Assembly: GCA_043228905.1 (NCBI GenBank)
Contig: JBHGNT010000008.1
Location: 11,098,001-11,162,000, forward strand
DNA: 64,000 nucleotides
Direction: 5' to 3'
DNA from: Azolla caroliniana
Taxonomy: Eukaryota; Plantae; Polypodiophyta
Part shown: positions 12,601 to 24,298 of the stretch, in pieces
Layout of the letters: each line of letters starts with the position of its first letter
Numbering within the stretch: the first letter of the stretch is position 1
The notes under the pieces: model-generated
Database searches by the model: none
What the model was told of the DNA's origin: nothing
Seen by the model: only the letters and a program-made list of their open reading frames with translations
Made by a program: the position numbers and the translations under genes

Positions 12601-12690
12601 ATTCTAGAATGTTCTAGAATATTTTAGATATTTATGATATTTAATATAATCATGGAATATCCTAGAATGTTCTAGAATACTCTAAATATC
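12601..12690. promoter_or_regulatory. Heat-shock-element array upstream of the LTR TATA box (also at 16947-17030 and 11212-11244)
   Basis: aTTCtaGAAtgTTCtaGAAt is four perfect inverted nGAAn units, starting 15 bp upstream of TATAAATA (12579-12586, - strand). Confidence 0.7.
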
Positions 12691-12814
12691 TGTAATAACT
12701 AATAATACATTTATTATAACTATATATCATATATGTTATTATAATAGTTAAAGGTCTAACATATAGACCAAGAAGTCTTGGGCTCGAATCCTTGTAAGGC
12801 GAAAATGTATGTCT

Positions 12815-15530
12815 TCATGACATTATCCCCCCTTTTCGACGACGAGTTCCACGAGTTGGAAGACAAGATTTCGCACTTGGCTTCTGGGGATATTTGTTGT
12901 GAAACGCAACAACCATTTTGGAGGCATTAGCAAGATTATCGAGAGGTTCCCATGTTTGATCACTAGGTGTATAACCTAACCAGTCAACCAGATAATACAA
13001 ATTGTTGCGAACAATCTTGGAGTCGAGAATGGCAACAACTTCATATTCGGAGCCATCCGAAACTTCCATTGGAGGTGGGGGAGATGTAAGACAGCCAGGA
13101 ATAGAGCTGGTTGTGTACGGCTCCAAAAGTGAAACATGGAAGACCGGGTGAAGATGCATATGAGGGGGAAGATCAAGGAGAAATGCCACATCATTGATCT
13201 TACCATATATCACATATGGGCCAAAACGTTGATAATCCAATTTGCAGCAAGGTCGGGTTGTTTTAATGTGACCTTGTAAAAGCCATACCCGATCTCCCAC
13301 TTGAAACATAGTCAATGACGGTCGGCAACCTTCTTTTGAGTGTTTTGAGCATCACATAAATGGTGCAAAAGGATATCTTGAACTTCTTGGAGTCGGGTGA
13401 GCTGATCTTCAGCAGTTGGGTTTGTCTGGAGTTTGAGATGTTCAAGCATAGTCCAATGAGGATGGTACCCAATATTTGCCAAAAATGGGGAATATCCAGT
13501 AGAAGAATGTTCTGAGTTGTTGTAAGCAAATTCCGCCAAATGTAATAGATCAACCCAATTATCTTCTTGATAGTTGACAAAACAACGAAGATATTGTTGT
13601 ACTACTTGGTTGGTGCGCTCACTCTGTCCGTTAGTTTCTGGATGGTAGCCAGAAGAGAGTTTGCAAGAAGTATGTAAGAGTTTGAACATGTGCCGCCAAA
13701 ATTTTGAGATGAACTGGGGACCCCGATCACTGATAATATCATCAGGAAGACCATGATGCAGAAACACCTCTCACATGAGTAACTCGGCTGTCTCTTGGCT
13801 CGTGATGGCCTTTGTGCAGGGAAGGAAATGTGTCATCTTAGTAAAACGATCTACTACCGTGAGAATAGAATCAAAAGCTTTGGAAGGTGGTAGATCCGTA
13901 ATGAAGTCCAATGAAATAGATTTCCATGGACTCTTAGGAATAGGCATTGGCTATTATAAGCCATATGGATGATGTCGAGGTTTTTTGGATCTGCAACATG
14001 TATCACAACTACGAATATAATCCGTAACAAAATGGTGAAGTTGTGGCCACCAATACCTTCGAGAAATTAATGCCAAAGTCTTCTGGAAGCCGAAATGTCC
14101 AGCCATTGGTGTGTCATGACATTGTTGCAAGATTTGGAGTCGAGAAGGACCATCAGGCACATATAAGAGATTTTGTAGAAAATGTAAACCATCATGCCAA
14201 TTGAACTGGTTGTAGTCTTGACGAGGATTTTGAGATTGTGAACAAGAAACACGATCTGGGATAATATGGTTCAGAATAACTTGGGCAAATTTATCAGTCT
14301 CAATATGCTCCCGAATGGAGTCCAGAAGACTTGAACCCCCGGGTGTGTCTATAGCATGAAATGCCATTAGTCGTAGACGTTCAGGACCCAAGAGGATTTG
14401 CTTCTGACTTTCAAATGCGGCCTCACCTGGTTGAAGTTCCATATATGAATGTCGAGATAAAGCATCTACTTTTCCTTGTTGTATCCTAGGGTGATATAGA
14501 ATTACAAAATCAAAACGAGTTAAGAACTGCGCCCAACGAGCTTGTCGGCGACTCAAGACTCGAGCACTTTGGAAGTACGTTAGATTTTTGTGATCATTAT
14601 AGACAATGATTTGTTGAGACGAACCCTCCAAAAAATGACGCCATTGTTGAAAAGAATCCACAATGGCAAGAATCTCTTTTTTGTGAATCTCATAGTTGAT
14701 TTTTTCCGCTTCGAATTTCCGTGAATGAAAAGCCACAGGGTGTAGTTGGACGTCATTGCTAACCTGGGATAATATGTTTCCTAGTGTGACGTCAGATGCA
14801 TCAGTTTCAAGTATAAAGCGCTTCAGTGGATCAACATGCATCAAAATTGGTGCGGATGTAAATGCTTGCTTTAATCCTTCAACTACAGAGTTTGCATTTA
14901 TACTCCAGACAAATGGTCGATTCTTCTGTGTTAGTTGAGTGAGGGGCAATACAATATTTGAATAATCTTTGATGAACTTGCGATAAAAGTTTGAACCTTT
15001 CCTGGATCCATAGAGATGCCATGTGAAGAGACTATGTACCCCAAAAATTCCACTTGACGTTGGTCGAAACTACACTTCTCGAATTTTGCATAGAGACCAT
15101 ATTCACGCAACCGTTGCAAAACTTGTTGGACGTGTATATCATGATCCTCTTGAGTTTTTTAGTAGATCAAGATATCATCTAGGTAAATTATGACGAAAAT
15201 ATCGAGGAAATCTCGAAAAATGTCATTCGCCATATGTTCGAAAACAGTTGGTGCATTCGTGAGACCAAATGGCATCACTGTATACTCAAAATGGCCATAG
15301 CGAGTACAAAAAGTAGTTTTCCATTCATCCCCAGGACAAATTCAAACAAGTTTGTAAGCGCCTCAAACATCTCACTTTGTGAAATACTTAGCTCCACTGA
15401 GGCGTTCTAGAAGGCTCGAAATCAATGGTAGAGCATATCGGTTTTGAATAGTTACTTTATTCAATCCTCAATAATCCACGACCAGACGAAGCGAACCATC
15501 TTTCTTCTTAACAAAAAATATGGGTGTGCT
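12815..15530 (-). pseudogene. pol: C2 pol: RT, RNase H, integrase, chromodomain; protease and RT N-terminus deleted near 15530
   Basis: [47 protein letters not shown] and EYEVVAILDS..YLVDWLGY..TWEP motifs. Confidence 0.92.
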
Positions 15531-15599
15531 TACTCGTTTAAAACATCATCTAATTGGCTCAAGACATCAAATGTATTTTTATGACAGGGACTACTAGGC

Positions 15600-16645
15600 C
15601 TACTTGGGTTATGAGGAGGGGCAGAAATTGAGATGGAATTGTCATGAGCACTTACTTGGTTAACTTTTCGTCGTGGTTTATGTGGACAATTAACAACAAT
15701 ATGCCTAGGACCACCACAATAGAGGCATAGATGATCCGCTCACCGTCGTTGCTTTTCAACATCCGATAATGTTCCTTGACGTTGTGTTGTCTCAATTTCC
15801 GTTGGAGTAGGGCCTTCCAACACACTTTACTTTGATACTTGGGGTGGAGTTGCGACCACCGAAGCATATGTTTCTATTGGGTGGAAGAGTAACAGTTGTT
15901 GGCACGTAGAACGCCGCTCAAATAAGCGATTGTCACATCGCACAACCTGGCTTACTGCTTCAGTGAGAGATTTTGGATCATCATGGAAGGTAAGAAGTAA
16001 ATCCTTCACATCATTGTGCAGACCTTGACGAAATTGGTCCATTAATGTCGCCACGTCCCATGGAATATCACATGCTAGAAGGCGAAAATCTGTAGCATAA
16101 GCGGAAGCAGGACGATCTCCTTGTTGTAATCACCGAATTTTGTTTATTGCGGTCCTCATACTATCAGTGTCTCCAAAGTTGGCTTGGAACTCATTAATAA
16201 ACCCTTCAAAATCTCCTAATAATAGTGAGTGCTTCTCTAGGAGTGGTGCAAACCACGCTAATGCAGTACCCATTAACAAGGTATGAACTAGTCCCTCACG
16301 AGCAACATCAAGTGGGTAACAACTAGGATGCAATTTAATCACAAGCTGTACTTGATTTAAAAATCCACGAAATTGAGACCTTGTACCATCAAACTTGGTC
16401 GGCAAACTAATCTTGGGTTCCTTCGACGAGGTTTGAACTTCTGCCGCTTGTCGTTGCAATAGAGTAGTCTCCAATTGATGCACCCGTTGAGATAATTCTT
16501 CATATTGTTGTACTTTCTCAACACTTACTTGTTGTAGGTCTCCTAGTAATCTTTGATTTTCATGCTCCAGTGCCACGAATTTGGTTGTTATCATGTCGAG
16601 CTTGGAGAGAACACGCATATATTCTTGTTTGCTAACGGACTCCAT
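15600..16645 (-). pseudogene. gag: C2 gag
   Basis: ORFs 16130-16645 (PTKFDGTRSQFRGFLNQ, GTALAWF) and 15827-16054 (QFRQGL); CCHC remnant near 15690-15730. Confidence 0.85.
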
Positions 16646-17559
16646 AGTTGCGAGAGAAAATTGCTAGATTTGCTTGAATAAGGTTAAGATAAGAAAAAGA
16701 AGTTGGAGAAGAAGAAAAGAGAGACATTCAGTTCAAACTGTCGAGACTTGAGAATAGGAGAGAGAAAGATAAGATTATGATAGAAGGTAGAGAGAGAGAG
16801 AGAGAGAGAACACTAGAAATGGAAAGAGAGTTTATATTATAAGAGAGCAAGAATTACAAAGAGTAGGCTAAGGGGCTACAAACTGGTGTTGAACCGAATG
16901 AGTTGTGATGAATGAATAGACACCTATTTATAGGTCCTTATCGAGTATTCTAGAATGTTCTAGAATATTTTAGATATTTATGATATTTAATATAACCATG
17001 GAATATCCTAGAATGTTCTAGAATACTCTAAATATCTGTAATAACTAATAGTACATTTATTATAACTATACATCATATATGTTATTATAATGGTTAAAGG
17101 TCTAACATATAGACCAAGACGTCTTGGGCTCGAATCCTTGTAAGGCCAAAATGTTTGTCTTCATGATAGTGGCCATAAAAACGCATGCTTACAATCCACT
17201 ATTACTCAAATGGGACATTCTTGTTTCAACAAAGCATGATAGTCCACTACAGGGGATCATTGCATTACATGCACTAATCATTTATCAAAAAACACTAGAA
17301 CTTTGATGTTCAAGGGAATGAAATACTACATCATAAAACCCTTGCGGTCCTGCAAATAAATCCGAGTTCACACAATTTAGTGACACGATTATCTTTAAGC
17401 ATTGGGAGTTTCTTGGTAAAAAATAATATAGCCGCACAATTATAGAATACATCAAAAGATTGCAACACTACCTTAGCATCAACTTCCACATCATGCACAT
17501 CTTCATCAATGCATTCTTTTGGTGCATTTTCATTTTCTTCCACAATATCAGACAACAAG

Positions 17560-19618
17560 GTATTGGCAATTCCCCAACTTCCAAATCAAAAGTGAAGGCA
17601 TTCCACATATTCCACATACCTTAAGAACTAAAAAATAATTTGGAAATGAGGCATCGGTTCATTGTTCTCCATGTGTGCAAAAACTCAACTTAAGGAAGAT
17701 AGACTTACTCCAGTTAGAGACATCCACACTAAATTGATACACTTCCAAACCATCCTTGCCACTAGGCATGAAAGAAATCGATGCCCACTATCTTCTAATT
17801 CCACCGAACAAAAGAAACACGATCCTTTAGTAATGTTTCTTGTTTTTAATATATCCCCCAATGGTAAAGCTCAAACTAGAACTCTGCACATAAATACCCT
17901 GGCTCGTAACATCAATCGAGAACACCAACCTGCCTTGATCACATGAAGCCCCCAAGTAATGGGCTTATGAAAACCCCATATCTTTATAACTTTTTCTTCC
18001 AACCACTTATGTTTGTCAATCAACTTGTGATAAGCAACATTTGTTGAGATCATTGTCAATCTCTTATTTCCCACAAACCTCCAATGAAGCTCTTGAGATC
18101 GCCCATCTAAATCGGGAATTGGCTCATACGAAGATAGTATTTCTCGCGCTTTATCCCAAATAAAGGTTTAACCTTTGGGAATATGAAATGTTGATCTTAT
18201 TGTACGAAAGGCCATTAATCTCCTTTGTGACACCAACATTGCATCCTTAAATTGGCGGTTAAGAATTTGTTCACCTTCCGACCTCGACAACCTTGATGTT
18301 GCCAAAACCTCCATTTGTAATGAATTGGCACATCCCCTTTCTTGTGGAGGATTACATTCCACAAAATCCAACATACTTTGCCAAGATGTCAACAAATGAT
18401 TAACTATCATAGACCCTGCACATTTGACATCCCGGTCAGAATTAATTACATTCCACCAATTAGCTTCAACCTTCATGTTTCCAAGTTTAATTCCGTTCCT
18501 CTCTATAAAGTAGGACACCATTTCTGTACAAGGTTGTACACCTTCAAACATAAATAGCATGAAAGTAAATCAACGAGCCACCATATGCTCATATAGATTC
18601 AATATTGATGCCCCACCAAGATGCTTCGGAGTACAAACATGATCCCATGCCAACCTCGATAAGGCACTTTTCCCTTTTCTTTTCCATATCAACGTTCGCA
18701 TTGATAGTGACAACATTTCAAGAGCTTTCTTTTGACCATGGGAGCAAAGGAAGATAATAAGATACCATAGAGACCATAATCGATTGGACCACCTTAAGTC
18801 CTACATGAAAAGGCCAAAATTGAGACCTCCAATACATAAACTTATCCTCCAACCTTTTGGATACCCACTCAATAAGTTTCACATGAGAAACTTCCACCCC
18901 AATTGGATATCCAAGGTGACGACAAATCATACAACGATGTACTATCCTTCATGACCAGCCCAACCCTAACACATCTTGTTTTGTACATGAAATGAGGACA
19001 AAGTTATGCATATTAATTCTCAACCCTGAATCATTTGAAAACAATTGCCCCACATCTCTTGTCTTACGAATATTTTCCCGATTATGTGCCAAAAACATAA
19101 TATGGTCATCTGCGAGAGCTTGAACAATACATGGCTTCCCTGATGGCAACCTTAGTCCAAGCAATTCTTCCTCCATAGCCATATTGTGTAACTTAACAAG
19201 AATAGGATGTGTCACAATAGTGAAGAGTAAAGGACTTACCAGACATCCTTGTCTAACTAATCTTCGGACAGAAATCGGTTGTGTTACTCCTCCATTAAAC
19301 ATCATATGTGAAATTGAACCCTCCCCTAATGTGTATATCAATTTAGACATGTGATCACCAAAACCCATATGAGACATCAACTGATTTATACATGACTAAT
19401 CCACATTATCATAGGCTTTCTTGATATCCAATTGTAACGACACTAATTCTTGTTTAGACTTCTTTCCATTGTCAATCGTCATTTGAACATTTAAAATATT
19501 ATGTAAAATGTCTCTTTTTGTTAAGAACCCGTATTGAGCATTATGAATAATAGAAGGTAAAACCTTATATAACCTATTGGCCATCCCTTTTGCAAAAATC
19601 TTGTACATTCCCCCCCAT
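17560..19618 (-). pseudogene. L1-type LINE ORF2: RT and C-terminal zinc finger
   Basis: YKIFAKGMANRL, QYGFL, LDIKKAYDNVD, RQGCLVSPLLF, ALADD and RHLGYP motifs; CFFCSVELEDSGHRFLSC near 17770-17820. Confidence 0.9.
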
Positions 19619-19899
19619 CAATGTGTTACCGATTAGGAACACGGTCTTCAGTCAGTCCTTCGACCTAGACCTCAAGGTGACTGCGTAGCCCTGAATGGTA
19701 CCGTTGCGTCGTAATGGGATAACTCTCTGTATCCTAGTAGCGTATACGAGAGATGGCTACAACCGAACTCCCTAGACAGTGCACTCGTCATAGTGCTCGC
19801 ACTTATGCCTACGCTTCTTCCGATTACAATGATTACAATACGCCACCAAGAATCACAGACACACAATAGATTAACCACAAATATACACAGGACAGGGTA

Positions 19900-22800
19900 T
19901 CAAAGAAGATAACACTCTATTAAGATACGCTCTATGCACCAAAATTTACACGCAGCCTCTATCACAGGATTTCTGCCCTTTATATACGCAGGGTCTTTCA
20001 GCTGTTCACGCTTCCCGAGTGAACCATTTACATGCGTTACAATTTTACTATATTCTATATTTCTGCGGTCTTGTCCGTCAGTTACTATTCTGGTGGACAA
20101 CACCTGGCACGCCTGTGGGACAGTGCCATGGCACGTCGGACCCACCCCTTTAATCTTCCTCCAAAATGGCCCTGGTGTTGGTTCTGCTCCGGTCTCCGGG
20201 TCCAGGGACGGAGTAGTGCCCGTAGGCGCGTCATTGCGTGGTTCTACTATTTTCTCAAGAGGGCTTCCCATGGTGTCGATGGCTTCTATTGTGGGTGGTT
20301 CGGGCTCGGCTGGCTTATCTTGTGCTATTGTGGTTGGTTCAGCCGTTGGCGGGCTTGCGGTAGGTCGACGTTCTGTCTCGTCCGTAACTTCCTCCGTGAT
20401 GTCGCCCGTGGTCGTGTGCTCCGGTGAGTGGGGTAGGGGTTCTTCTTGGTCCGTAACTTCCTCCGTGATGTCGGTCGTACTCGTACGCTCTAGTTAGTGG
20501 GGTTCCTCTTGGTCTACGGTTTTGCTTTCTGGTATTGTAGGGGGTTCCGCTCGCCATTCCGTGCTGTCCACCGTCGTGGTAATTTCCGGTGACGTGGGCT
20601 GAGGTTCCTCTTGTTCGGCAGTATCCGGAATTGGTATCGCGATGGATTCCTCGTTTGTTCGTGTGCTGCCGGCTTGCATGATCTGGTGAAACAGGTCCTC
20701 CTGACTTTCGCCAAAATCATCTAGTAGTTGCGCAAGTTCCTCAGAGTGTTGGTTCACTAGCATAAGATAGTCTTGCGCTAGGTCCTCATGTACTGCCGCA
20801 ATGCTTTCCTCATTGAGTTTGTAGAACCCTCGGCCGTCTTTCCTTCGGTTCTCCCAGTCTGCCCTGTATGTATGCAATTCTGCCGCTTGTGCGGCCCACG
20901 CCATCCATCCTTTGTCTAGCGCCGCTTTTAATTGCGCCGTAAGCCTCTCCCGATTTGTTTGCAGAAGTATGTGCACGTTCTCAGTTATTGCTTGGCAACG
21001 GTTGCGTGCTTCTTCTACGGTTTTCTTGAGGTTTTCGATTTCTTGTTTACTAACTGCCGCCGCTTCCTCATAAGTGCTCCTCATTCTTGCCCATAGCTGA
21101 GATTCCTTCGAATGTAATTCTTCCAACTTTCCCATTTCATTGTTCAGGCGGATTTCGAGCTGATGCCTCCTCTCCTGTTCCCCAACCAACTGCTCGTCGA
21201 ACCATGCTTTCTTCTTGTCTAATAATGCCCAGAGTCCTGTAATCGCCGCTTCCAATTTTCTCACTTCCTCCAGTAGGTTCGCGTTTTCTTCTTTCATGCG
21301 GTTGTGTTGTGCTGCCTCTGCTACGAGTTCCTCTTCAAGGGTCTTCACTGCCTTTCGGCTGTTGGCCCGGATGTCTTTCTCTCTGTCCGAGGACTAGCAA
21401 GTTCGGAGCGGAGACGGTCAATCTCCGATTCCACCAGTTGCACGGCCCGTTTTGCTTTCGAGGCAATAGCGGTCTGGGCTTCAATTTCTTCTCTCAGGGC
21501 CTCAGCGGCGTGGCTTGTTGGTTGAGCTGCCTGATGCGCCATAGTCACGTTACGCTCCAACTCCACAATGCGTGCGTTGGCCTTTTGTAACTCGGCTTGG
21601 GTCAGTTTGACAGTCCTCCAGACGTTTTTAATTTTAATCGCCATATCCTTGGCGCCCATACTGACCTTCGCCAGTTCCCTATGAACTTCGACCAGGGCTG
21701 CATTTAATGGGGGTAGTTCCATCCCCATACGGAGGATACCGGCGTTCCTCTATCAGTCGACTCTGGTTAACTGATCCTCATCGTCGCTTTCCGCCATTTG
21801 TGTTAGTGCACCCTCAATCATTTGGCACTCAACGTGCTCCTCGGCCATTCGTTGTGAGACTTTTATTTGTTGCGTTGCCAAAAATTCCATGAGTTCAAAA
21901 GTGGTTCTGAATTGTAATAGTGCGCCAAACTCATGGGCCGTGTCCGGAATGTCCGAATACGTCAGGACCTCACTTTCGCCGTAAATACGCCTTTCCCCCG
22001 CTAAGACTAGGCCGTAATGAACGACCGTGGTTCCCGGATTATTTCGAAGGTGGTGTTGGGCTCCGTAGCTTTGTAGCTGTCGACCACGGTCGTCGTCTCT
22101 ATGGCCGCGAGTGTGTCTTTAACTAACCCGCGCCCATCTTTCCTGTCCAACCTCCGCCGTTTTGGCCTCAGAATTTCCTGACGTGGTTCAGCTTCTAGCT
22201 CCTGTGCAGCTTCCTCGTTTCACTCTACCCGCTCTTCCTGCATTGTTCGCGTGTTGGTCTAGGCAGATTGGGGTTCATCCTCCCACTTTGTGGTGGGCAA
22301 CTCCGCTAACCTTCGCTTCGCGGATCGTGGCGGCGGCGTGGGATGGCGGGGTTGCGGTGCCGGCAGACATCGGGGTGGGAATAGTATCGTCAGATACTGT
22401 TGTATGATAGGCCTGAGCTTTTTTCCTCCTTGATATGCGTGCAGGACTTCCCATAACGCTGGTCCTGTGATGACCCCCCAATCAACCGTACGCCCTTCAA
22501 AGGTATCAATGATGATACCTATCTTCTGCTTGGGCATCCCATACGCGTTTACATGTACGCATCCGACCTCCAACAGGAACTTGGCTATTTCGCGGAGAAT
22601 GGGGTCGGGGATCTCCTTCGTTCTATATGCCTTGGCAAACGCCGAATAAAGTCCGAAATATCTTTGCAAAGTTTCCGTAGGAGGGATTTCGAAATGCCTT
22701 TCCCCTAGTGATGACAAGTCAAGCTTCTTCCGGATGGATGTGTTGGTGACCATGTCGATATTGAGCTTCCTCGCGATGTCTAGGGCTTCAGGGTGGGGAG

Positions 22801-23076
22801 GTGCCTCGACGACTCTGATGTATCCATCCAAGTGTTTCTCCATCAGCCATCGATGCAAGGCGGCAGAAATGGGATCGGCATAGTCGGATTAGGCTCGTGG
22901 CTATTGGGTGAGGATTGTTGGCTATGGCGAACTTGAGCTCTGTGATAGGATGGAGAAGAGGGTGAGGAGGGGGAGCGATACGAGCAATGCGAGTTAGAAG
23001 GTTGGTTTCTGTGGTGTGTAGAAAATCTTCTATTTCCTTCTTTTTGTGGCCTAGGGTTCATTGGTCGGTGAGCCAT
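19900..23076 (-). pseudogene. G3 accessory 3' ORF (unknown function; coiled-coil plus acidic Pro/Thr-rich tail)
   Basis: Sense ORFs 22843-23076, 22259-22858, 21345-21728, 20494-21348 and 19900-20271 lie between the integrase and the 3' LTR; long E/K/Q/L helical segment. Confidence 0.65.
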
Positions 23077-23199
23077 CGTGGTACCACGTGTTCTTGGCCT
23101 AGAAGTCTATGCATGCCTTAAGTCCTTTTAATAGGGTCGCTATCTTCTCTTTGTTTTTTCTCTTTTCCTTGTTTTCGTAATGGTTACTTACAATATTAT

Positions 23200-23471
23200 C
23201 TTTACATTATAGTACAAGTGGGGCCTTATACTTACTCCGCGGATTTTCCGGCTTTATCCTGTTCTGCTCCCACTATCTAGTACGGGCCTGTCCAGCGGAA
23301 TCGTAATTTTCCTGGCATATGCCCCATGCATGTTTGGAAAACTAATACTGCTTTCCCAACTGTAAAATCTTTTTCAAGTGCATGCCGGTGTCAGTCCACG
23401 AATACCTTGCGCCGTCGCCGTTCCTGCTCCAAGATGGCCATGCTGCGTAACCTTGTTTCTCCTAGCACTAG
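23200..23471 (-). pseudogene. G3 integrase C-terminus (GPY/F module)
   Basis: Translates ..FTVGKAVLVF..MPGKLRFRWTGPY; joins 33870 across the B1 TSD. Confidence 0.8.
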
Positions 23472-23948
23472 TCTTGAGAGACAAGCTCAACATCGGCCGG
23501 ATCGGCTGAAGAAGCCGAGGACCGGATCGGTTGGGACCGATCGGTTAGGCCGAATGCGTAAACCGGTACGCAAATTGGTGCGTAGGTAGGGCCAGATCGG
23601 TGCGTAAACCGGGAGGCCATTAGGAAAGATATTCCGTGAGGAATATATTTGGGAGCTAGTGTAGGAGCTCTTAATGAGCATTGAAGTACGATCAGTACTT
23701 TGGTCAGTCCTTCTAGGACTTGTATAAAAGTGTTCATTGAACACACATATGTATATAGGGTGGGAAATAGAAATTGAGTACTGTTGTTGAATACAGTTCT
23801 TGTTTTTTCTCTCTCTCTCTCTCTCTGTCTCTGTCTCTCCCGCGTATACTGCGTAAGCTCAAGCTCTCCATTAAACCTGAGTTTTCTTCCTTCTGTTCGG
23901 TATTCATACTTGCTTCCGCACGTTACTTTTTGCATGGTATCAAAGCGC

Positions 23949-24257
23949 TGTTGGGATTTCGGTCCCTCCGGATGGGACGTCCGGAGATGAAGACCCCGGC
24001 TACGGAGCCGGATGATGAAGACCCCGGTTACGGAGCCGGATGATGAAGACCCCGGTTACGGAGCCGGATGACGAATGTACCCGGAGAGAGATCCGGATGC
24101 GGGGACATATTTGTGAATATGTTTGCCAAGGGCCCTTGAGGCCATATTTGTAAATAGCCCGAAAGTCATATGTGTATAAATATGACTTAGGGCAAACAGT
24201 TTTTGTTGTTGTTGCTCGTTTTCTAGTTTTTCCACTTAGAGGGAGCTAAGTGAGCAG

Positions 24258-24298
<41 letters not shown>

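Larger units (their letters stand above)
12373..17168 (-). mobile_element. Chromovirus C2 (Tcn1-like Ty3/gypsy with chromodomain)
   Basis: LTRs 12373-12822 and 16739-17168; TSD GTGGT/GTGGC; PPT AAAAGGGGGGATAA next to 12823; no tRNA-type PBS. Confidence 0.95.

Noticed and set aside
19624-20135. Reading G3 as a + strand element because of the PBS-like motif after the left LTR
   Set aside because: The TATA box, gag-pol and accessory ORF are all on the - strand, and there is no PPT before the right LTR either. Kept instead as the dual-PBS finding.
20494-21728. Coiled-coil ORF as a host gene (SMC- or myosin-like)
   Set aside because: It lies between the G3 integrase and 3' LTR, has no introns, and is decayed like the rest of the element.
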